Assembly (NCBI RefSeq): GCF_001949145.1
Contig: NW_019091358.1
Span: 496,961-560,960 of the forward strand
Direction: 5' to 3'
Source of the DNA: Acanthaster planci
Lineage: Eukaryota
Length of the DNA: 64,000 nt
The position numbers and the translations under genes are program-made. The first letter of the stretch is position 1. Every line of letters begins with the position of its first letter. This document shows, one piece after another, positions 40,617-52,496 of the stretch. Below the pieces are notes generated by a model that was not told the origin of the DNA, searched no databases, and worked only from the letters and a program-made list of their open reading frames with translations.

Positions 40617-41248
40617 GTAAGATAGCCGATTTGCAGATCAGTGTCAGTTGTTGTGTTATGACACATATAACGATTCACGTCCATAGAAATTCCACAAATG
40701 TTCCTTATCAGCAACAGAATTGCATGTACCAGTTTTTTTTTTCAACCATCATAATGCACCCATTATCTCAGAAGGCCAATGTTACACACCAACTACTGGT
40801 ATGTCTCTTTCCAAACTATACATGTACATGAAGTTCAGATATGGTCCCGACTTCTGAACTTCTACATGTAGATGGGGGGGATACGTGTATGTTGCAGTTG
40901 TACTGGCCCAACTACACGTTCTGGTAGGGTGTGGTGTGCCACACAGGCTACTTTGTGCTGTCTTTAATTTGTACATCATGCACCTAGTGTGTATATACAT
41001 GTACATTAATATTATCAAGACATGCTAGAAGAATCTACCCAGTACAATCTACACATGATTCTTAAGGGTGTTACAGATGAAGTGCCGGGTGATTTTTTTT
41101 TTGGACAAACTCTGTCAGGTGTGAGCTTCAAAGAACTTGGAGAAGGTTGTGAAATTTTTCACAGAAATTTGTTGACTGTAGTTGGTCTAGTGTGACAGCA
41201 GCACTATACGTGCAAATGTAGTTGGAACTATCCCAATTGTGCAGGATC

Positions 41249-41422
41249 ATTATTTTCTGGTAATGACACCAAGGATTCCTCTAAAGTGCCCTAGGCACTG
41301 TAGCTTGCAAGCCTAAAGAAACTTGTAGAGAGGGAGACACTGAGAAGCAGTTACAGGTGTAGAGGTGGGAAGAAAACCCCAGAGGAGGCATACACTGGGT
41401 AAAACCCACAAAATCGGGTTGG
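41249..41422 (-). mobile_element. 5'-truncated copy of the same SINE (minus strand)
   Basis: ttctggtaatgacaccaaggattcctc..tagaggtgggaagaaaaccccagagga..ctgggtaaaacccac is the reverse complement of about 40445-40600. Confidence 0.85.
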
Positions 41423-41463
41423 ATTTGGAAATTAGGTTGAAACTGATGTTATACATACACAGT

Positions 41464-41540
41464 ATGTCTATACAGTTGGGGCAGTACATGTACGTGTATA
41501 CGATTGGGGCATGACATGTATGTGTATACGATTGGGGCAT
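41464..41540. repeat. 28-bp minisatellite, about 2.8 copies
   Basis: atgtctatacagttggggcagtacatgt / acgtgtatacgattggggcatgacatgt / atgtgtatacgattggggcat. Confidence 0.8.
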
Positions 41541-44500
41541 AAAACTGTTTTTTTTACATACTTCTTTAGAAACATGGGAAACGTATACATTGCATTAGAA
41601 GCCATCACCGATTTATACCGGTACCTGTAACAAAGGACTTCTGTGTACATGTATCCATGCGGCAAATTCCTGTGGCACAAGAGGTTTGGGGGATAAACAA
41701 GTTGTTTGTACAATTTATATTGGCTTTCTTTGAATGAGGTTGGTTTTTAACATGTACTGGTAATGCATACAGTTCAGAATAACGTCATTGCCAAAGGAAT
41801 TGAACCAATTTAGTATTGATGGAAAATTGTACGCACAAAAAGTCATGTATACATACTTGTACATGTACTAAGTGCAGCAGGTGGAATGAGAGAATTCCTG
41901 CCATTGTCTACAGGACCGGCATGTTTAGAGTTGAACTACACATGTAGTTGAGAGCAAATAAGGAAACGGCACATTGATGCTACATGTACATGTAGTTTGG
42001 TTGCTGTATGACTGTACTTGTGCACTTTCAATTCAGACTCAAAATCAAATGAGGTGTGGTATGCATACCGTACATGTACCGTATCTACATGTACATATAC
42101 CATATGAACATGTACATGTATGTCATTGACTTGCCTGCATGATGCGCATTGAGGTAAGCTTTACCTGTATGAGCAAAAGAACATCTTACACTACAGTTTG
42201 TTCTAATGGTAGATGTACAATACATGTACGTGTACATGCAGCTGCAGTGCAGTGAATGTGTACAATGTACGTAGAGACTGATGAAATATTGGAAGGAAAA
42301 ATCAAAATATACTGCACTGGCTGGTTGGAATTTGTTCTTATTTGGAGTGAACTGATGGAGGTTTGACGAAAAAGTGAATAAAACTTGATGGAAGTACATA
42401 AATTAAGGTACATGTAGTAAAATTAAGTGGCTGCCCCCTCCCATAAAAAAGTTGAGTGTGCAGTAACTCTACATCACGTTCTGCACGTACGCATGGTATG
42501 TACATGTACACGTACATGTACCGTGGATTTGTTCAAATGTGCACGCAAGTGTGATGATTGAAGATGGGTTTAATTAGCTAAATTGTTTACTTCATCAAAA
42601 CTTACGCTTACACACTATGTACATGTACACTGATACATGTGTACGTGTTCATTTATGAATGGTGCACACCTTCATGTAGTGCGTACTACATGTGCGTAGC
42701 TGAGCAAACCACAGATTGGATGACATGATTAGGTAAACCCACTGATCTGTGACAGAATATATACATACACATGCCAACAAGTACTTGGTGCCTGTATGCA
42801 TATGCTTGGCATGTTAATTGCTGGTAGAACAGAATACTTGTTTGTTTTAAATCTTTGTTGTAAGCTTGGAATTGCCTAGATGATTGCAAGTAAGTGTTTA
42901 CACCAGTAACATTCCTGAGGGCAGAGTGTCAGAGCAGTGGTATTTTTCAGGTAAATTGTTTGGTCTGGCTGTGAACAACTGCACTGTGCACTTAATATAT
43001 ACATATAAATGTACCGGTACTTGTACATGTATGTAAATGTAAGTTGCACTAGTGTTACCAAGTTTTTAGGACTTTTTTCATTTAGGGGACCTTGCTGAAT
43101 TGGTAAACGTTAAGCAGTACAAGAGTTCGCAAGATGTTAATTTTACAAGACCTAGCTGCATGTACGCTACATACATGTACGGTACATGTAGTTTATGTAC
43201 TTAAATAAGTTCCACCAACCAAACTGTAGACCTGCGTTTGTTTCGGTGACAACAAAATCTAAAAGAAATGACAAGTTATATTTGTTGGCATCTGTTTACT
43301 CTTTTGGGTCAGAAACTCAGGCCAGTCTGCAAGCTGGGTATCAGGCCAGATTCCAACATTTTCTACGTGTATTTCTCCATTCTGAAGCTGTTCATATATT
43401 CTACCGGTATGCCATTATATCCGAGGAGCATTTTGAACCACGTGATTGGTAAACGAGTTTACAAATCGAACTGGTACTGGTACCGGTAGATAAAAGAAAT
43501 TGCCGAACAGTTTTTCTCCTGCGTGAACACAGTCTGGCAGGTGAATATTCTATAAATTTACACAGGCTTAGTTAGAAGTGTGCTTTCACATTAAACCAGG
43601 TGAGCATTCTCCATATGGTTGAGCCATGGAGTTAGCATCCATGGGTTGAGCATGCTTGGTTGAAGTGTGGTTGCTGCAAAGAAAGCTGGAACCATACATG
43701 TACATGTCCATGCAGCTTTTGTCACTCTGTGATTCCCCTGCAAACTTGAAGTCATGGTGCTTCCACTCCTTGCTCTTTGAAATAATAAGCTGCTCTCTTT
43801 ACACGCATAAGAGCCATTGCTTGAATGCAGAAATGCTGCTATATTATTATTTACTATTACTCATCAGTGAAAAGTGTTGCTTTCTTTTCAGGATGTTGAC
43901 TTCAATAAATTGTAGAGATAATTAGGCAATGTTGACATGGAACAGGGTATCCACTCTTTTCAGTGGGAGGTTGGGTATCTGGCCTGTCCTCGCAGCCTTA
44001 CCGATACGTACATTTACCAGTGCATGTATACTAGCATCTGTTTGTATCCCAGGGGTTGTGTGATCTAATCCTTCACTGCCCTTCAGTAAATCCGCTATAG
44101 CCATACGTTTTAGCTGGATAAAGCTGTCGGATCAAGCCAGCATTTTACAGTCAATTACTCCGGAGTCCAGTCACTGTGTGTGCAGATGATCAGGGGGATT
44201 GAATTAATAACTTGGCTGTCAGTTCAGTGATTGATGTGAATTGATAATTCCTACAGGTGGCTGTCTGGTGTTAATGTCAATTTCGTAAATTTGAACAAAT
44301 TTATGTGAAGTGGGAAATGTTTGCTTGGGCTTAGTGAGTTGACTCGGAGGTGTTCGTACCCTATGTAGTGCATGTAGGTATGAGTACATGTATTTTTTAT
44401 TCCTCCCTGCTTTAGCAGAACCAACATGGTATGTACACGTACTTTACATACATGTATACATGCACAGGTACATGCACTAATACAGATGTGCGTGCTTTCT

Positions 44501-47500
44501 GTGCGAGACCAGAAAAACTTTGTATCATTGAGCTTTCAAACTGCAGTCACCGGGCAGTGTTTCTCAGGGAATTCTACAGGTGCTCATAAAAACGAGACTG
44601 GCATGTTTTACATGTACATTGATTGTATACTCCAGTGCCAATTACCCTATGCACAATTCTAGTTAGCTGCTTGGACTTGCAGTGGTGATTTTCATAATGC
44701 AGAGGACACTGTGGAATGATGTCTTTTCAGTCAAACTGCTTGTGAGCCAACAATAGGCCCAGTTGATGCATTGTATCATCATTGTATCGTGTACCTGTAC
44801 AAGAGAATTCGGCTGAGGCCTACATTGTACATGTACATGTACCAGCACACATACAATTGGTACCCATATACATGTATCTACATGTACATGTATATGTAGT
44901 GGGCATGTAACAGTCCTGTAAAGTACCAGTCGTGCATACATGTGTGTGAAGATGTTGTCGGGACACCCATTGGTTTCCATGGCAACCAAGGCTGCCTGCC
45001 AACTGCAGTTGTCCTGGCGCTATTCATCCTGTTCCTTGGACCATGTCACATTTTAATGAATCCTTAAATTAGCCCCCCTCCAGTATGTGATGAAAAAAAA
45101 GTGCAGTTCAACTCTGGTTACCAGGCTGTGCAGCATACAGGAGCAGTACATGTGCAGTGGACATTTGAATATTTGTAACAGTTGCATTCAATTGCCTCAT
45201 TTGTTAGGATTTGCAGTCAATCCTTTTGACCGAAAGACGATTGAAAAAAGAAATACCGGTAGATGACTTATGTCACTGGAATACTGTGACAGGTTACATG
45301 TATCTGGTTAAAGAGAACCAAAAATACGTTAAGAATATTAATAAAACGTTCAGTAGCTGTGGGAACATACATATGTACAAAATTGAACAGAGGTTGGATA
45401 GTCAATATTAGCTTGCTGACATATTGGAAGCTGAGAAGCTGCATAGTTCCCTACATGTACCGGTACATGTACATTATAGGTAAAGCTTAGAGAACTACAG
45501 TGTACATGTACATGTAGCTTGACAACTTCCACTACTGAGGGGAGCTAATGTTGACTACTCAACCGAATAAACCATTTTATGTTTGTTTTTACTATGGCAA
45601 ATAGATGTACATGTTTTAACCAGTGTGAAATACAGGTTTTGCTATAGCACATTCGTGTACATGTATGTTTTAACATTTGTGAAATACAGTTATTGCATTT
45701 CTGTGTTGTACATGTGCTGTCATTTTTTCCTGTGTACTGTACATGTATGTGGTAGCACTTACAGGTACACATGCACCAGTAATGTACATGTGCATGGATG
45801 TAGCTAGAATGATGTTCATGCATGCATATGGTACATAGTACGGGGACATGTACATGTACCCTGGTACGTGAATGCATGTGTTTCTCAATTTTCTCATAAA
45901 GCGCATCCTAGCCCAGATGAACTTGCACGTGGGTAACTAGTTTATCTGGGCATGCGTAAATACTTAGTGCGTGAAAGCTTGCATATATATGTAAGTGTTT
46001 GGTATGGCAGACAAATGGCAGGCAGCTCATGATGGTGAATGGTCCAATGAAAATTTGGCTCTCCATCATGAATATGCGTGAAGTGTAGTAAAATAACATT
46101 TCACACAGCTGTTGAAAACTTGAAATACATTGTACGTTAGACCTGCAACCAAGTACATGTACATGTAGGCCTGCTACAGTACATGTATGTGTACGTGTAC
46201 ATGTAATTTCATGTAACCTAACGGAACAAATGCCTTTCGAAGCAAAGTTACCACAACTAAGCTAAGTCTGGCTGCTCATACCAAATGGCAGAATGTTTTG
46301 ATAAACGAAAAATCCATAGCGGACTAGCCTACATAAACTGTACTTGTACACAATGTAGGTAGCCACAGCGCATCCAGGAACATGGAGGACTGTGAAACCT
46401 ACTGATTCTGGGTCTTTGCACAGTTCTTGCTCTCAAGTACCCGTACCCTTCAACATATTTTCATGTATTTTAGTACCCATGCAGTCATGTTTCTAGGTAC
46501 TACTGTACCAACTACATGTAGGACTCACCTGGCTGGCTAGGGGCCCAGGTAAAGTGTAGTATATAGCCAGGTCCCGTAAACAATGGTTTCCGATAGAAAC
46601 CAAGCAAGGCGTGTACATGTTATGCAAGTATGGGATATTGGATAATTCTGTTGTTCCTTGTTTGTCACATGAGCTGAGGCAGCAGCTTTGGTTGACTTAA
46701 ATATTATGTCTGCAGGCTTGACTTATATTTTCAAACATACTTTTATTCCTGTCTGAAACATGTAACAATATTGGGGGCCTGTTCATCTGGATCTCGCTGA
46801 GTGATTCCAAACTACGAGTACATTTGTATGTACATGTACCGGTAGCTGGTTTGTTCTATCCATTAAGCGGGGTTTGGTGTCAGTAAACCAGCACTGGATC
46901 ATTGATGTCTGAAACTGATGTGTGAAACAAACAGCTTAATCAGCTTAATCCTTTGACATGTAGGTCTCTCAAAAATCCATCAGAAGATTTTGAAGGATTT
47001 TGCAGGAAAGGAGAAGGTTGGTTTCCTGCGTAGTGATGTAGTGGGAAATTTTGAAGGTTGAGGGAGGTCCTTGTACATGTCTTAGAAGTCTTTACTTCCA
47101 GAACAGTTCAGCTACATGTACTGTACATGAAGCAAGAGTACACCTACATGTACATGTGGCCACTGTATCCAATGTACAATGTACATGCACATTCATGTAC
47201 ACTGGACAGTGTATGGTATGTAATCATGTATATGTAAGTACATGTAGCATGGTAAAAAAGTCTTCAGGACATTCTTTAACCTTACAGTGTGCCCTCATAC
47301 AGTACCACCAAAAATGTTTCAGTATTTGCATGCACAATTGGTACCTGTACAGTATGTAGCATTTCCACTTAAACAACAGGGGCTATGGTTGCACAATTTA
47401 ATTGGATTGCCAAGCCCAGTTCAAGGCAACAGTGATTTGGTCTCAATTCTGGAAGCCTGAAACTTCAAAATGCTGCAAACCACTTGTTTGTGTTTTTTGT

Positions 47501-48361
47501 ATGATATATACATCTACTTATATGTACATGTACAGGTATGAAGGACTAGTACTGTACATGTACATTATAAGTTATTGAATATTGAGGTTAAAAATCTCAA
47601 CTTGTTAAAGAGATGTATACAGATTACATGTACATGCCCTGAGCTTACCATCACTTTAGGGATAACTTGGGTGGGCATGCACATTGTACACGTATGTACA
47701 TTTACACAAATCATCTCTGTGAAATACGGTACATGTATACATGTACTTATATGTATGTAAGCCCATCACGATAGTACATGTACATACATGCATTTGTATA
47801 TAGTTTCACTGTACAATGTTATACAGTGCACCACACCGTGTATTCTTTCTCTTTTCATAAACAGTACATGTAGAAGCTGTACACTTGTGCTGAGTTGTGT
47901 CAGTCTCGTCTTTCAAATTAACTCTAGAGAAATACAGCATTTTCATAATAAAAGATGACACTTGCTGACAGGCATGTGTAACCACTTTGTACCACAAACC
48001 AATGTTTACTGCAGCGCTGTGCTTGTTTTGGTTGCCTAGAATTTTCAGGATAGTCATTGACTCACGTCCCCCAGGGTTTCTTATCGCTGTCGATTTCTCG
48101 TCTGACATCTCACACATCACTGGTCACTTGACAGAGAAGTTGGATTTAGAGATTCCTTCCGAGGATTCTTACTCACTTTTTATGCTAAATCGGGATTGAA
48201 TCTCACCACTTTGACTTCCTGAAGCTGTTAGGTCAGTTGGCTGGCTCGGCGAGAACATTATCTTTGCCTCATTTCCCCTGTTGGATGGGATCAGAATCTT
48301 TGGAAGTACATGTAGTTTGTACAGATTTGTAGTAGTGGACTGTGATTCTGTGTGGGGGAAG

Positions 48362-48431
48362 ATGGGCCTCCAGGGCTCAAGATTCTTGACGGTCTGGTTC
48401 AATGTCGGAGTGCAAACTCCAATCCCCGCTG
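48362..48431 (+). CDS. Candidate alternative first coding exon MGLQGSRFLTVWFNVGVQTPIPA(G) splicing into exon 4
   Basis: Strong Kozak context aagATGG and strong donor CTG|GTAAGC in phase 1, compatible with the acceptor at 48995 about 560 nt downstream. No transcript evidence available. Confidence 0.4.
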
Positions 48432-48994
48432 GTAAGCAGAACTTTGCTGTCAATCAGATTTCCCTCAGCAGACTGTCACTTGTCAGTGTACATGTAATTT
48501 GAACATGGATGACTTGATCTGTTCATGCAGCCTACGTGATGTAAGCAGTGAGGAGACGGACATGATAGGCCATGTCTCCTTCATCAACATGCCCTAAATC
48601 TTGCTGACTCCATGTTAATTTAAGAATGCAGTCACTGCAATCTCAGACACTGCCGCTGGTGGTAACCTTTCACGAAACGGTTCAGAAAAGGTTTGGCTGT
48701 ACTGGTACTTAGTGCAGTGTAATAATGCATTTTATTTGCTGCATTCTAATCCAGTGGTACGTGTAGGTACAGGTATAGAACACTATCAAATAATTCAGAT
48801 GGTTGGATAACTTTGATGTTTTGATTCTCGGCATGTCCAGTGTGCTTTTTATGTACATTGGAGTTTGGTGGAAAAATGTGCGGAAATATTGAAATAGTTT
48901 CTTTTCACTGCCAGTCTCTCCCGGTATAACGTCAAAGAGTATTGCTGCAGCTATCTTTTAAGAATAACTATTAAGTCTGATTTTTTTTCTGCAG

Positions 48995-49908
48995 GAGAAC
49001 CAGACCAAGAGAAGAAGCAAGTGCAAGAAGCTTACGTCATTGCTGTAGAACAGCAGGCCAAAGACAAGATAGCTAAACTTGCCCGTCACAACTATGTCAA
49101 TACTGTGGACCTGGCCACATTACCACCACTTACCAATGCTTCCGGGGATGTAATCAATGGTTACAGTGAGCCCAGTTACACAACTGACGACGGTTTTTCA
49201 TACCCACCTGCAGAAGAGGAGGATCTCTATTCGCCCGACACAGGTGTGCCCTCTGTGAACAGTGGATTCATCGCGGAGCCCGAGATAGAGGCCGAGACAA
49301 TCAGTGGGGAAAAATCGCAGGTCGATTTTGGCACATTGAATGGTATTCAGAATGAGGCTTACAGCAGCAGCACAGAGAGCTTACCCGATTTGCGGCTGCA
49401 GAACAATGGCGTAAACACGGTGACAGCAAGTGCTGCCGTTGAGCCGTTTACAAACATTGAGGACACAGAGAGTGTGAGGTCGTACGAGTACCCAGATTAT
49501 AACGGCCAGGGGGCAGTGGTGGACGAACCTGCACTTGAGTGTAGCGTCATCGCTCCGGTGGAGCTATCACCGCAGGCTCTCGAGAAGCTAGACGAGCCCA
49601 CCCAGTCCTCGCAGCCAGTATCCGAAGAGAATGCCAGCGAGATGGTTGTGCAGGCCGAGCAACAACCACTCAAGCCGGAGAGGGGCATGCATCGGGAGGT
49701 GGCGGTGGACTGCCCGCCGGGCTTTGTGGCAGCCAGCGGAATGAAGAATCCCCCTCCGCAGTACACTCCCCAGCAGAATGGGGGTTCATCTGTTGTGCTT
49801 AATGGGACTGATGTTTTGCCCAGCTCTCATCCAGTGGAGAAGAGCGGGAAGAAAAAATCCAGCTCGAAAAAGCAGCGAATTGAAGAGGGCAGGGGAATCG
49901 AGACACAG
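48995..49908 (+). CDS. MPP5: Coding exon 4 (914 nt): acidic/disordered linker with ECR1 Par6-binding motif HREVAVDCP (49690-49716), PPQY and a basic patch
   Basis: Longest ORF in the window. GC- and CpG-richer than the introns and free of TACATGTA. Acceptor ttttttttctgcag|, donor CAG|GTTAGT. ECR1 motif matches PALS1. Confidence 0.93.
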
Positions 49909-50746
49909 GTTAGTATTATATTTTACAATTGACTTAATCAACTAGATTGTTAGTTTGATAACCAGTTTCTCATCCTGAAATAAATCAGCTATCTTCGTCC
50001 TGTGCTGAGATGGCCAGAGTCCAGTGGAAATTAACTGCCGACTGATGACTCTTGTATTGTTCAGCACAATGAATGTAAATTCTAAGATTCTTTCATTTCG
50101 TTTTGTTCATTGGTTGATGCAGCAAACTTGTCCAATGCAGAAATGGACAGTTTTTACATGTAGCACCATGACATGCACTAAGGGCACACTTGATGCCCTG
50201 AGGTGACTCAGTGTGCCAACTGAGACACCTGAACAGTCCAGGAAAGAATTCTGCAGTATTGAGTGAAAAATCTTCTGAGTGGATGTCGAGGAGGAGGGTG
50301 GAGAGAGTACAGTCAACTCCGAAAGATGTTGGTTATGACTCAGCATAAGAGCTGATAGTCAAGCTGACAGGGTGGTCCTAGCATGAATGACATTGACGGC
50401 TTGGTGGTACATTTGTAAATGACTGTTGACAGTCAAACCAGAAAGTAAACAGCCCCGTCCAGCTCTATGCTGAGGGGATGGCTTCATTAGTTGTAGGAAA
50501 TTCAGGGCTCCATGGTGGGGACAAAAATTGCATGTACTGTTCAACCCATGCTGATGATATCGGTAGTTCCACACCAGTGGTATGGGTGGGTGGGCATTCA
50601 CCACGTTCAGGGGACAAGTTCTTTCGTTAGGGAAATTTGAACCAAGTTTTTGGAACCTTTCTGAGTTCTCACAATGTTCTTCGGTCCCCACAAAATAGGT
50701 GAAATGTTGAGTGTATGTCCCCACAATTTCGCTGCAGGAGTGGGTG

Positions 50747-50930
50747 TACATGTACTGTACATGTACTGTACATGCATGTACATGTACCGATATGTACATG
50801 TACATACATGTAAGCAGTGTAGAGTATACAGGTGGTCCATGTGTACATGTACTATGCTTTAATGTACCCAGTACGAGTAAATGTCTTGTACATGTACACG
50901 TAGTGTTCTTACATATTTCCATGTACATGT
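50747..50930. repeat. Dense (TACATG)n-like simple repeat, representative of many such motifs across the introns
   Basis: tacatgtactgtacatgtactgtacatgcatgtacatgta..; similar clusters at about 300-600, 7280-7460, 12040-12100, 42070-42250 and 44820-44900. Confidence 0.9.
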
Positions 50931-52372
50931 TCGGGGACCTGGTATGTGTGGCATTGACAGCATGATTTGTGGGTTTTGCCTTTTATTGGGCACTCAACTG
51001 AACCAGGAATGAATGATTTACAGTGTGTTCTCAAAGCCAGGCAACTCAAAATAAAGATTTTTTTCCAGGATGTTACCACAAACCATTCATACATGCACAT
51101 GTACATGTACATTTTACATGTTAATTGTCTATCCTACAAAACCAGTACTGTACATGTCGGCGTGTTGCCAGTCATTCATTTGTGTTCACCTAGAGGAAAT
51201 GTACAGTAGTGTTGGGCCACAGACTTTTCCAGTCTTTTTTATGTCGTGCATGTACATGTACATGTAAGGCCCCTTAGCCCAAACAAGAAATAACTGCATC
51301 CATGATTTTGTAAGTTAGGTTGCATAACCGGAAACAGAGCTAATTTTTTGTTCAGACTTGTGCAAAGTGCAAGGATAGGCTAAAGGTAAACTCACTGTTT
51401 GTTGGTGCCTTCCAGAAGACTCCATTGTAAGTGTGAAGTAAAGCTGATTAGCACATCCTATCTCCATGAGGAGGAGAATCACTTTGATTGGATAACACAA
51501 GAGGTGGAAGTAGCATAGCAGTGCATTAATGGGTCAACAGGCCGTTGACCCATTTTCCCAGAATGACTTCCACACTACGAAACATCTGCATGTGTGCCGC
51601 GTGTTAAATTGTATACACATAGCCGTGCACATGTGCAATACATGTACGGCACTGCGTGTTTTCAACTCATTGTTACTATGTACATGTATGTGTGTATCGG
51701 TAGGGTGTGATATGGTGGTTGGACAGTAGGGTTTCTATTCACATATATATGTACCTCCTTGTAACAGAAGCTGATTTCTTCCATCAGACTCTGACAAAAG
51801 AAAAAAAATCAAGAATACCTCATTGTACTCTAAAGTTCACAATTAGTGAATTAGTAAATTGCTTATAAAATATTCCAACTCTCAGTGAAATAATTTCACA
51901 ATCAGCATATGACAGTTCTTGTATCTTTCCTAAATACTGGTGCAGGTACCTGTTCATGTATTTGCCAGACTGTAATGTCTTAAGTATCATAATGTTACAT
52001 AAAGAACATGTACATGTATGTTTTTCATACACATTGCCAACAGAAGAAAGCATACATGTAGGTACATAAACAAGCACAGTGTATATTTATATACATGTAT
52101 ATACTTTTTATTTTGCAAATTCAAAGTGAATTTAGTTTTGACTCTTTTCTGCATAGTTTTTTACAGTGTTTTTGTGCAGTATTACATGTACGTTGTACAT
52201 GTACATGTATCTCTAATTTTGGTAATGTTCTTCATGCCCAAATGTTCTGTAATCTACAAAACAGAAATCTACATGTACTTATAGAAACTACATTGTTGTT
52301 AAGTCGTTATCCAGTCATGTTATCCAATTTGTGATCACTATTGTTTTGTGGTTACTTGATTGTTCTATGCAG

Positions 52373-52496
52373 AATGCCAGTCAAAACAACAGTCAGGGTG
52401 CTACTCTGGCATTCCAGCCCGTCAGCACCAAGGCATTGTTCAACGATGACCCCAAAGCCCATGTGGAAGCCGCGACTAATAACAGAAAAACTGTCG
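52373..52496 (+). CDS. MPP5: Coding exon 5: NASQNNSQGATLAFQPVSTKALFNDDPKAHVEAATNNRKTV(E), linker
   Basis: Acceptor ttgttctatgcag| and donor TCG|GTAAGT. 124 nt open frame. It supplies exactly the phase 0 to 1 shift needed between exon 4 and exon 6. Confidence 0.8.

Noticed and set aside
49090..49416. NxxN motifs (NYVN, NGVN) as Neuralized-binding sites like those reported for Drosophila Stardust
   Set aside because: The motif is too degenerate in an Asn-rich linker and lacks supporting flanking residues.
49497..49766. Antisense ORFs over exon 4 (and 55741-56116 over exon 6)
   Set aside because: Shadows of GC-rich sense coding sequence.
50359..50928. 189-aa minus-strand ORF and many similar MYMY/HVHV/TCTC ORFs (e.g. 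58078-58602, 39115-39519)
   Set aside because: They stay open because TACATG repeats contain no stop codon in any frame; low complexity and no domain signal.
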